From NCBI GenBank assembly GCA_044225365.1, contig JBGAIQ010000089.1, positions 1-13,421 on the forward strand: a stretch of 13,421 nt of DNA, written 5' to 3'. This document shows, piece after piece, positions 1 through 7,475 of this stretch. A program made the translations under genes and the position numbers. The stretch comes from Planctomycetota bacterium. GTDB taxonomy: Bacteria; Planctomycetota; B15-G4; JADJEK01. The notes under the pieces were generated by a model. That model saw only the letters and a program-made list of their open reading frames with translations. It was not told the origin of the DNA and did not search any database. Every line of letters begins with the position of its first letter. The stretch's first letter is position 1.

Positions 1-8
1 CCACAGCC

Positions 9-70
9 GCCGCCGCCAACCCGGCGGTTACGGATCGCAGCCGCCGCCAACCCGGCGGTTACGGATCGCA
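9..70. repeat. Two perfect tandem copies of a 31-bp GC-rich unit, plus a partial third copy to about 84
   Basis: GCCGCCGCCAACCCGGCGGTTACGGATCGCA at 9-39 and 40-70, then GCCGCCGCCGCCAA. Each unit contains the hairpin CCGCC-AACCC-GGCGG. Lies just downstream of the hydrolase stop codon. Confidence 0.9.
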
Positions 71-110
71 GCCGCCGCCGCCAAAAATCGACCGGCACCG
101 ACCGCCGCTC

Positions 111-869
111 TCAACGGGGGTCGAGGCGCTCGATGAAATCGTCGATCCGTTCGACGATCTCACCGAGATGCTTCTCCATGCGATGCGATCCGTTCGCGAG
201 TCGCACGAACTCGAGCGGCGCGCGGATTCGCGATGCGACCTTCTCGGACTCCTCGATCGGGACCGTCGCGTCCTGATCCCCGTGCATCAAGAGCACCGGC
301 TGGGTGATGGCCCCCGCGATCGCCGCTTCGTCTACGGTGCGCGCGTCGCGCAGCAGCTCGAACGCGAGATCGACCTCGAAGAACTCCCCTCGATACCGAA
401 AGCTCCCGGTGCGTTCCCATTCCGCGAGGACTTTCGGTCCGATCGCCTGCTCGAAGCGCGACCGGAATCCGAATGCCGGCGCAAGCAGCACGAGGCCCGC
501 GACGTGATCGCGATCCTTCGCCGCGGCCATCGCCGCCACGAGTCCGCCCATCGACGAGCCGATCAGCACGTGCTTCTGCCGCAGCAGCAACGCATCGCGG
601 ACGCTCTCGTAGTCCCCCAACTGGCGGCGCAGCGTCAGGCTTCGAAACTCCCCGTTCGAATCGCCGAGCCCTTGAAAGTCGAGCGCGACGAAGCGTTTCC
701 CTCGTCGCGGAAGATCGCTCGCGAGCCGCGTCGCCTTCTCGCCCCGTCGCACGGAGCCAAACCCCGGCAGGAATACCGCGGTCGCGCGACGAGGACCGCT
801 CGGAGCAAAGTCATCGACGGCGATTCGAATGCTCTCGTCATCGCGATGGGGGACGTGATGGACCGTCAT
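111..869 (-). CDS. Alpha/beta-fold hydrolase (esterase/lipase-like; ABHD10/YqiA-like)
   Basis: Oxyanion region FLPGFGS, DFQGLGDS, nucleophile elbow GSSMGG, HGDQDATVP (catalytic Asp) and GSH (catalytic His). Starts 10 nt after the upstream stop. Confidence 0.9.
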   Translation of the reverse strand: MTVHHVPHRDDESIRIAVDDFAPSGPRRATAVFLPGFGSVRRGEKATRLASDLPRRGKRFVALDFQGLGDSNGEFRSLTLRRQLGDYESVRDALLLRQKHVLIGSSMGGLVAAMAAAKDRDHVAGLVLLAPAFGFRSRFEQAIGPKVLAEWERTGSFRYRGEFFEVDLAFELLRDARTVDEAAIAGAITQPVLLMHGDQDATVPIEESEKVASRIRAPLEFVRLANGSHRMEKHLGEIVERIDDFIERLDPR

Positions 870-879
870 CGTTCCGGCT

Positions 880-2550
880 TCAACTTCGCTTGCCGAGCTT
901 CAGGCTCACGGAGAGTGAATCCTTGCCGCGCGCGATCGTGAGAGTCACCGGATCGCCCGCACACTTCTTCCGCGCCAGGAAATCCGTGAACGCCTGACGA
1001 TCCGCCAATTTCGTTCCGTCCGCTTCGAGGATCGCATCTCCCGCGCGAAGGTCGGCTTTCGCCGCAGGCTGATCCGGAACCACCGCATCGATGCGCACGC
1101 CACCGCCGGCGTTGTCCGACAAGGTGGCCCCGAGCACGGCGGGCTCGATGGTGCCGCCCTCGCGCCAACGCGGAACGAGCGCCTTCACGGCCTCGATCGG
1201 CATCACGAAACCGAGCCCGCTGTTCTGTCCGAACGGCAGGAAGGGCGGAAACGCGATCCCGACGAGGCGACCGTGCAGATCGACGACCGCTCCCGCGGCG
1301 TTCTTCATGTTGATCCCGGCGTCGGTCTCGAGCGCGTCGCGGAAGACGTCGATCTGATGCTGCGCCGACAGGATCCCGGTCGTCACGAAACCATCGCGCG
1401 TGATCGCTGCCTCCGGCGGCCCGTCCGGCGCGCCGACCACGATGATGAACTGCCCGATCTCGAGACTCGCCTGCGAGCGAGTTTCGAGCACGCTGAACGA
1501 CTTTCCCGCGGGGTCGATCGAAAGCACCGCGAATCCGGACTTGAAGTCCCGCGCGAGCAGTTTGCCCGCGACCTTGCTCCCGTCTGCCGCATACACGTCG
1601 ATCGCGCTCGGCTCGACGACGAACGGCGCGAGCGCGGTGACCACGATGCCCGTCGCGTCGACGAGCGTGCCGCTGATCGGGCCGCGCCGCGCCGGCAGTC
1701 CGCCGAGCGCGGGAAGGTCGACCTTGGCGTCGGCATAACTCGGCACCACCGTGACGACGCCGCTTCGCGCGCGTTTCGCCGCGATCGCGAAGCCCTGGGA
1801 CATCGTTTCGCTGAGCGACTGCGGAGGCGTCAACATGCGCGGGCGGTCGAAGATCGCCTCGTTCGGCTTCGAGACTGCGTAGTTCGCGACGATGCGGTCG
1901 ATCGGCGTCAGCGTCGCAAGGTCGTCGTCCTTCGGCAAATTGTGCTCGAGCCCGATCAGGTCACCGTGGATGTTGAAGTACGGACCGCCTTCCTGCCCCG
2001 GATTCGTCGCGGCGGAGGTCTCGAGTCGAATCGCGTTGTCCTGTGCATCGCGCCTTATCCCGGAGAGCACGCCGAGCGTGACGGACGGGCCGCTGTCCTC
2101 GGTCGTGTCGAACGAGTTGCCGATCGTCATCAACAAGTGTCCGACCGCGAGGTCGGCGGGGTTGCCCGGTCGTGCGCTCGGAAAGTTCTTCTTCGCTTCG
2201 ATGCGCAGAAGTGCCGTCGCGGACGCTTCGTCGGTGGCGTAGACGGTGGCGCGCTGGGCTCCCAGGTCGGAGAACACGACGTCGACGTACGGCTCCTTCC
2301 GCTTCTTCGCCTCGCTCGCGACCTTGATGTCGGTGAGCACGAAACCCTTCGCGTTCACGCACACGCCGCTCGCGAACTGACCTGCCTGCCCGACGCGAAC
2401 GACGGACGGCGCGATCTTCTTCACGAGTTCGACGACTTCCTTGTCGAGACTGCCGAGATTCGCCGAAGCCTGCGCGACGGCATGACGTGTCGCCGCGAGC
2501 GTCGCGATACCGAGGCAGAGCAGTGAGACGAAGGAACGCGGGGTTCTCAT
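880..2550 (-). CDS. Secreted HtrA/S1C-like protein with two trypsin-like domains and one PDZ domain; both protease domains predicted catalytically inactive
   Basis: Signal peptide (MRTPRSFVSLLCLGIATLAATRHAVA-Q). Domain 1: PSVVRV, SGVCVNAKGFVLT, VTLGVLSG, TSAATNPGQEGGP. Domain 2: SGTLVDATGIVVT, VTTGILSA, ETDAGINMKNAAGAVVD. C-terminal PDZ: VLGATL, PAAKADLRAGDAILEADG. Start overlaps the upstream stop (ATGA). Confidence 0.88.
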   Translation of the reverse strand: MRTPRSFVSLLCLGIATLAATRHAVAQASANLGSLDKEVVELVKKIAPSVVRVGQAGQFASGVCVNAKGFVLTDIKVASEAKKRKEPYVDVVFSDLGAQRATVYATDEASATALLRIEAKKNFPSARPGNPADLAVGHLLMTIGNSFDTTEDSGPSVTLGVLSGIRRDAQDNAIRLETSAATNPGQEGGPYFNIHGDLIGLEHNLPKDDDLATLTPIDRIVANYAVSKPNEAIFDRPRMLTPPQSLSETMSQGFAIAAKRARSGVVTVVPSYADAKVDLPALGGLPARRGPISGTLVDATGIVVTALAPFVVEPSAIDVYAADGSKVAGKLLARDFKSGFAVLSIDPAGKSFSVLETRSQASLEIGQFIIVVGAPDGPPEAAITRDGFVTTGILSAQHQIDVFRDALETDAGINMKNAAGAVVDLHGRLVGIAFPPFLPFGQNSGLGFVMPIEAVKALVPRWREGGTIEPAVLGATLSDNAGGGVRIDAVVPDQPAAKADLRAGDAILEADGTKLADRQAFTDFLARKKCAGDPVTLTIARGKDSLSVSLKLGKRS

Positions 2551-3620
2551 TTCGGGAGCGGCTTCGTGCGCTTCTCGGACGTGAACGTCTTCACGCTCAC
2601 CTTGTCCTTCCGATAGAACGTGAGGCTCAGCTCCGATCCGCCGGGCAGCATCGACGCCTTGTTCTCGAACGTGCTCGGCGTCACCTTCTCACCGTTCAGT
2701 GCGACGATGCGATCGCCGTCCTTCATCCCGGCCTTCGCCGCGGGCGAGCCGGCGACGACGGCTTTGACGAGAACTCCATCATCCGGCCCGGCGCCGTCCG
2801 CGAGGACGAGTCCGTGGAAGCCCGGCTCGATCATCCCGCCTTCGTTCAGCGCTTTCATGAAGTTCTGGACCTGTCGCGCCGGGATCGTGAAACCGACCCC
2901 CACGTTGGTGAGCGCATTCGTCGTCGTCGCGATCTTTCCGTTGATTCCGATGATCCGCCCGTTGGTGTCGAAGAGCGGACCGCCGGAGTTGCCCGGATTG
3001 ATCTCGGCGTCCGTCTGGATCGCGTTCTCGTACGGAAACGTCGGGTCCTCGGCGCGCCGATGCAACCCGGAGACGATCCCGAGCGTGACCACGGGATGGC
3101 CCTTCATCGCGAGCGCGCGCGGGTTGCCGGCCGCGATCACGAATTGCCCGGGCTGGATCAGATTCGATTTCGCCCACTCGGCCGGCGTGACGTCCGTGCA
3201 CTTCGAGAGCAGCAGCGCGAAGTCGTAGCTCGTGACCTCGGAGTGCTCGGTCACTGGCAGCACGCGTCCGTCGTGGAGCACGACCTCGAGGCGGGAGTTG
3301 CCGCGCACGACGTGGACGTTCGTGAAGATCCGACCGTCATTGCTCGTGACGAATCCCGATCCCACGGAGACGACGCGCTCCACCTTCGGCGAGTTCGCGC
3401 CGCCATCTCCACCATTCTTGGGCGCGACCCATTGGTAGTTGAGCACGCTCACCGTCGAGCGCTGCACGCGTGCCGCGAGCGAGATGAAGGCGCGCTCGAT
3501 CTTGTCGGCCTGTTGGAGCACCGCTTCGTCGTCGGCGCCCGCCGCCGCGTTCTGCGAGTGCGCGAAGGAACCGCTCGCGAGGACGAGCGCCGGCACGAGG
3601 TATCGAATCGAGATGCGCAT
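2547..3620 (-). CDS. Secreted HtrA/DegP-family (S1C) serine protease with a single PDZ domain
   Basis: Signal peptide, complete triad TNVHVV (His), YDFALL (Asp), IQTDAEINPGNSGGPL (Ser), and PDZ motif GSPAAKAGMKDGDRIVALNG. RBS GGAGGG upstream of the ATG. Confidence 0.95.
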   Translation of the reverse strand: MRISIRYLVPALVLASGSFAHSQNAAAGADDEAVLQQADKIERAFISLAARVQRSTVSVLNYQWVAPKNGGDGGANSPKVERVVSVGSGFVTSNDGRIFTNVHVVRGNSRLEVVLHDGRVLPVTEHSEVTSYDFALLLSKCTDVTPAEWAKSNLIQPGQFVIAAGNPRALAMKGHPVVTLGIVSGLHRRAEDPTFPYENAIQTDAEINPGNSGGPLFDTNGRIIGINGKIATTTNALTNVGVGFTIPARQVQNFMKALNEGGMIEPGFHGLVLADGAGPDDGVLVKAVVAGSPAAKAGMKDGDRIVALNGEKVTPSTFENKASMLPGGSELSLTFYRKDKVSVKTFTSEKRTKPLPK

Positions 3621-3644
3621 GCCATCCCTCCGCGGAAGCCGCCT

Positions 3645-4571
3645 TCAGGCGGTGGGCTGCAGGGCGGGCACGGTGCCGTTCAAGGTGAGGACCTCGACTC
3701 CGTCCTCGCGAATGTACAGCGTGTGCTCGAACTGCGCGACGAACGCGCCGGCGCGTTCGACGAGCGGCGGATAGACGACGAGTTGTCCCGACATCGCCAT
3801 CGAATTCAGCGTGCGCGCGACGGATTCGTAGGGGAATCGCGACACCAGGCAGCGGCTGCCGAAGGGCAACCCACCGAAACCCTCGATCGCGGAGACCACG
3901 GAGGCGTCCATCCCCTTCACCTTCTTCACGCTCTTCTTCGTCATGAAGACGTGGGGATCGCCCTGCTCGCGCACGATGCCCGTGCCATCGGTGGCGAACG
4001 GTTCGATCGCGACGCAAGTGCCGGCCTTCAGCGTTCCGCGGCCATTCGGCACGTTCGGGATCTGCGGTGCGCGGTGGATGATGTAGCGGCCGACGCCGTG
4101 CCCCGTGAGATTCTTCACGGGCTCGTAGCCGTAGCCGCGGATCACGCGCTCGACCTCGCGGCCGATCACGTTGACGTCGACATCCGGCCCCGCGACCGCA
4201 ATCGCGGCGGCGAGCGCGTCCTTCGACGCGGCCAGCATTCGAGCGTGCCGACCATCCGCGCTGAGATCGATGGACACGGCGGTGTCGGCGACGAATCCGT
4301 CGACATGCACGCCGGTATCGATCTTGATGAGGTCACCCTCTTCGGCGGTCGTGGGGTCGCCGATGTACGGGCAGTAGTGCGCAGCGATGTGGTTGCGCGA
4401 GATCTGCAGCGGGAAGGCCGGCTGCGCGCCGAACTCCGCGATGCGCTTGTGACCCGCGAGCGCGGCATCGATCAACTTCGTGCCGGGCTTGAGGAGCGAC
4501 GCCACGTGATCGCGGACGTTCGCGGCGATCGCCGCAGCGCGGCGCCATTTCTCGAGATGCTCGCGTTCCAT
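3645..4571 (-). CDS. map: Methionine aminopeptidase, type II (archaeal/eukaryotic type)
   Basis: AFPLQISRNHIAAHYCP, KIDTGVHVDGFVADTA (two metal Asp), NLTGHG (His), AIEPFAT (Glu), AQFEHT (Glu), and the type II helical insertion between EPFAT and QFEHT (FGGLPFGSRCL...YPPL). The true start is most likely MEREHL at 4571; the 5708 start in the ORF track is antisense shadow of the next gene. Confidence 0.93.
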   Translation of the reverse strand: MEREHLEKWRRAAAIAANVRDHVASLLKPGTKLIDAALAGHKRIAEFGAQPAFPLQISRNHIAAHYCPYIGDPTTAEEGDLIKIDTGVHVDGFVADTAVSIDLSADGRHARMLAASKDALAAAIAVAGPDVDVNVIGREVERVIRGYGYEPVKNLTGHGVGRYIIHRAPQIPNVPNGRGTLKAGTCVAIEPFATDGTGIVREQGDPHVFMTKKSVKKVKGMDASVVSAIEGFGGLPFGSRCLVSRFPYESVARTLNSMAMSGQLVVYPPLVERAGAFVAQFEHTLYIREDGVEVLTLNGTVPALQPTA

Positions 4572-4578
4572 GGGATCC

Positions 4579-4607
4579 GTTGTAACCGAGAGTGGGGGTT
4601 CTTTCCA
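4579..4607 (-). promoter_or_regulatory. Possible sigma70-like promoter for a (near-)leaderless map transcript
   Basis: Minus strand TGGAAA-17 nt-TACAAC, ending 7 nt before the ATG, with no SD sequence in between. Both hexamers are imperfect. Confidence 0.25.
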
Positions 4608-4739
4608 TCGGCGTCGCGTCGCAATCGAGAATGAGGCCAAGGACCATCGCACGGCGAGAACGTGCGTCCAGTCCCTTTGAGTCCTGCGTAGGATGAGCGC
4701 GAGGGCTTCGATCGCGGGACTTACGAGAGAAAGGGCAGC

Positions 4740-5702
4740 ATGAAGATCGTGATTCCGGGCGGTTCGGGGCAGATCGGAAACGTGCTCGCACGGGCGTTCG
4801 TGGCTCGCGGGGACGAGGTCGTCGTGCTGAGCCGCACGCCGCGAAAGGCCCCGTGGCGAATCGTCCCTTGGGATGGCAAGAGCCTCGGTGATTGGGCAAC
4901 GGAGGTCGATGGCGCCGATGTCGTCATCAACCTCGCGGGACGCAGCGTCGACTGCCGCTACACGCAGGAAAATCGCCGCGAGATCCTGGAATCGAGGACG
5001 CTCTCGACGCGCGTGGTCGGCGAGTCGATTCGAATCGCGAAGCGCCCGCCACGCACGTGGCTGCAGTCGAGCACTGCGACGATCTACGCCCATCGCTTCG
5101 ACGCCGGCAACGACGAGGTGAATGGGATCCTCGGTGGATCCGACGGCGAGAAGGATGCCCCGGACATGTGGAAGTTCTCGATCGAGGTCGCAACGGCGTG
5201 GGAGCAGACCGCGATCGCCGCAAACGTGAAGGATACGCGACTCGTTCTCCTGCGATCGGCGATGACGATGAGTCCGGACGCCGGCGGCGTGTTCGCAGTC
5301 CTCTCGCGACTCGCGCGCCTCGGGCTCGGCGGCGCCGTCGCAGGCGGTCGCCAGTTCGTGTCGTGGATCCACGACGCCGATTTCATCGCGGCGGTGCTGT
5401 TCCTCGCTGCGAACGAGCGACTCGACGGCGCCGTGAATCTGGCATCGCCGAATCCCTTGCCGTATTCCGAGTTCATGCGGGCGCTGCGGCAGGCGTGGCG
5501 CGTGCCGATCGGCCTGCCCGCCACGGCCTGGATGCTGGAGATCGCCACGTTCTTCCTGCGCACCGAGTCCGAGCTCGTCCTGAAGAGCCGGCGAGTCGTT
5601 CCCAAGCGACTGCTTGACGCCGGCTTCACCTTCCGCTTCCCCGACTGGCCCACAGCGGCGATCGACCTCGTCGCCCGCTCCGCTCCGAAGCGAGGCGCCT
5701 GA
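4740..5702 (+). CDS. TIGR01777-family NAD(P)-dependent epimerase/oxidoreductase (YfcH/SDR39U1-like, C-terminal DUF1731)
   Basis: N-terminal Rossmann motif IPGGSGQIG, VINLAGRSV, ILESR, WE, QFVSWIH, VNLASPNP, and C-terminal LKSRRVVPKRLLDAGFTFRFP. Confidence 0.92.
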   Translation: MKIVIPGGSGQIGNVLARAFVARGDEVVVLSRTPRKAPWRIVPWDGKSLGDWATEVDGADVVINLAGRSVDCRYTQENRREILESRTLSTRVVGESIRIAKRPPRTWLQSSTATIYAHRFDAGNDEVNGILGGSDGEKDAPDMWKFSIEVATAWEQTAIAANVKDTRLVLLRSAMTMSPDAGGVFAVLSRLARLGLGGAVAGGRQFVSWIHDADFIAAVLFLAANERLDGAVNLASPNPLPYSEFMRALRQAWRVPIGLPATAWMLEIATFFLRTESELVLKSRRVVPKRLLDAGFTFRFPDWPTAAIDLVARSAPKRGA

Positions 5703-5739
5703 AGGCAAGACGTTCGGGATCGCAGCGAGGATCGATCCT

Positions 5740-5878
5740 CCGGACCGCCGGGGTCTTCCGGACCGCCGAGGTCTTCCGGTCTGCCGAGGTGTTCCGGTCT
5801 GCCGAGGTGTTCCGGTCTGCCGGGGTCTTCCGGACCGCCGAGGTCTTCCGGACCGCCGAGGTCTTCCGGACCGCCGGG
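5740..5878. repeat. Intergenic minisatellite: seven full 18-bp units plus a partial eighth
   Basis: Units start at 5740, 5758, 5776, 5794, 5812, 5830 and 5848 with consensus CCGG(A/T)C(C/T)GCCG(A/G)GGT(C/G)TT. Partial unit at 5866. Confidence 0.95.
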
Positions 5879-5945
5879 CTCCGCCCGGCTCCGTTCTTCT
5901 CTTCTTCCCCCGGACCGCCGGGCTCCGCCCGGCTCCGTTCTTCTC
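5866..5945. repeat. 36-bp direct repeat, two copies with 44-bp period, fused to the end of the minisatellite
   Basis: CCGGACCGCCGGGCTCCGCCCGGCTCCGTTCTTCTC at 5866-5901 and 5910-5945. Confidence 0.92.
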
Positions 5946-5964
5946 CTCGTCCTCCCGACCTGGC

Positions 5965-7371
5965 TTACCCCATCCCCAAGACCACGCCCTTCAACCTCCG
6001 CAGTCCCGCCGCCAGCCGCGCTGGATCGTTCTCCGACGAGAGCGAGACGCGAACGGCGCGCGGCGGCGGCGCGGGCGGCACGCAGAACAGATCCGGCCCC
6101 ACGATGCGCACTCCTGCCGCGGCGGCGGCGGCCACCACGGCGTCCGCACGCAGATCGACCTTCCCGGGCGGAAGCTCGAGCCACAGATGATGCGCACCGC
6201 GCGGCAACGCGTAACGGAAGCCCTGCGAGCGCGGCAGTTCGCGCCGCGCGATCGCGTGGCGTTCGTCGATCGCGGCGCGTCGCGCCTTCACCAGCCTTTC
6301 GGAGTGTCCTTGCTCGAGCAGAAGCGTTCCGATCTCGATCTGCAACGGCGCGGGCGCCCACGACAAGGTCTGCACCGCGCCGCAGAGCTGGCGCGCGAGC
6401 GGGGCGGGCACCACGAGGTACGCGAGGCGCAACCCGGGCGCCATGAGCTTCGTCGAATCGAGCAGGAAGCACGCTCGCTCCTTCATCCGCGAGGCGAGCG
6501 GTGGAACGGCCGTCGCGACGCAACTGTCGTCGTCGTCCTCGAGGACGAACGTCCCGTAGCGCCGCAACACCTGCGCGATCTTCTGCCGTCGCGCATCGGG
6601 AGTGAGCGTCGCCGTCGCGGGGTTGAGCGTCGGCACGCAGTAGAGGAGCTTCGGCGACAGCTTCCTGCACGCGGCATCGAGCGCCTCGGGAACGAGACCG
6701 TGACGATCGACGCGGACGGGATGGAGGCGGATGCGCATCGCTTCGGCGAGGCGCCGGATCCCGGGATAGGTGAGGCTCTCGGTCAGCACGACGTCGCCCG
6801 GCCGCGCGAGCGTCCCGAAGACCGCGGCGATGCCTTGCTGCGCGCCCTGGCACACGAGCATCACGTCGTTCGGCGGCGAGAAGGCGAGACCGATCCGTTT
6901 CAGGTGCGCGGCGATGAGACGGGAGACGCGATCATCGGCGACGAACGTCGTCGCGCGCGGCTTCGCGATCGAGTGGACGCGCTGGGCCATCGTCGAGAGC
7001 GCGTCGCGGAGCGCCGCTTCCTCCATCGCCTGCACGCGCAGCGGCACGCTCGGTCCCAGGTCGAAGACGGCGGGATCGTGGACGCGTTCGACGTCGAACT
7101 CCATCGTTCGCGCCATCGGTCGCCGCACGTACGAGCCGCGACCGGTCTCGCACGCGAGAAGGCCACGCCGCTTCGCTTCGGCGAAGGCGCGCGTGACGGT
7201 TCCGATCGTGACGCGAAGATCGCGCGCGAGTTCGCGCTGCGAGGGCAGGCGCGCTCCGTCGTCGAGACGGCCCGTTTCGATGTCGGCCGCGAGCGCATCG
7301 GCGAGCCGCAAGTAGAACGGCGCCCGCGAGTCGGCGATCTTCGGCCGCCAAGTGTCACCGTGACATTTCAT
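5965..7371 (-). CDS. MocR/GabR-family transcriptional regulator (GntR wHTH plus PLP-dependent aminotransferase-like domain)
   Basis: YLRLADALAADIETGRL...RLPSQRELARDLRVTIGTVTRAF...GRGSYV (GntR HTH); GAQQGI, ESLTYPG, LEDD, DSTKLMAPGLRLAY (PLP-binding Lys). Confidence 0.93.
   Translation of the reverse strand: MKCHGDTWRPKIADSRAPFYLRLADALAADIETGRLDDGARLPSQRELARDLRVTIGTVTRAFAEAKRRGLLACETGRGSYVRRPMARTMEFDVERVHDPAVFDLGPSVPLRVQAMEEAALRDALSTMAQRVHSIAKPRATTFVADDRVSRLIAAHLKRIGLAFSPPNDVMLVCQGAQQGIAAVFGTLARPGDVVLTESLTYPGIRRLAEAMRIRLHPVRVDRHGLVPEALDAACRKLSPKLLYCVPTLNPATATLTPDARRQKIAQVLRRYGTFVLEDDDDSCVATAVPPLASRMKERACFLLDSTKLMAPGLRLAYLVVPAPLARQLCGAVQTLSWAPAPLQIEIGTLLLEQGHSERLVKARRAAIDERHAIARRELPRSQGFRYALPRGAHHLWLELPPGKVDLRADAVVAAAAAAGVRIVGPDLFCVPPAPPPRAVRVSLSSENDPARLAAGLRRLKGVVLGMG
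7353..7365. promoter_or_regulatory. Candidate operator: inverted repeat TGTCAC-N-GTGACA over the 5' end of the MocR gene
   Basis: Perfect 6-1-6 palindrome. Related half-sites CGTCAC (7379), TGTCAT (7395) and TGTCGC (7411) lie in the divergent intergenic region. Confidence 0.4.
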
Positions 7372-7475
7372 CTCGAATCGTCACCGTTCGTGCGTGTCAT
7401 CCCGAGTCGATGTCGCTGCGCGGTATCGTCGGATCCGCGCCGCACCGCGATAGGAATTCCTTGAGGTCGCTCATC

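Noticed and set aside
2050-2063. GCGCCTTATCCCGG, resembling part of the E. coli REP consensus
   Set aside because: It is a single partial match inside a coding sequence with no partner arm, most likely chance.
880-2550. Calling the tandem protease a pseudogene
   Set aside because: The frame is intact over 556 codons with signal peptide, PDZ and scaffold motifs preserved. Loss is focused on catalytic residues, which fits a pseudoenzyme rather than decay.
2487-4634. 715-aa plus-strand ORF, and other long ORFs such as 1273-2526, 5614-7464 and 9658-10878
   Set aside because: They are antisense or alternative-frame shadows of well-supported genes, expected at high GC, with Arg-rich composition and no recognisable motifs.
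4572-5708. 379-aa N-terminal extension of map in the 687-aa ORF
   Set aside because: It is mostly the antisense of the epimerase gene; MetAP similarity begins only at MEREHL (4571).
5740-5945. CRISPR array
   Set aside because: Units are contiguous with no unique spacers, 18 bp is too short, and there are no cas genes in the window.
5084-6853. 589-aa ORF with GGPEDL/GRPEHL hexapeptide repeats
   Set aside because: The repeats are only the translation of the 18-bp minisatellite. The ORF overlaps two real genes, and the MocR gene stops at 5965, before the array.
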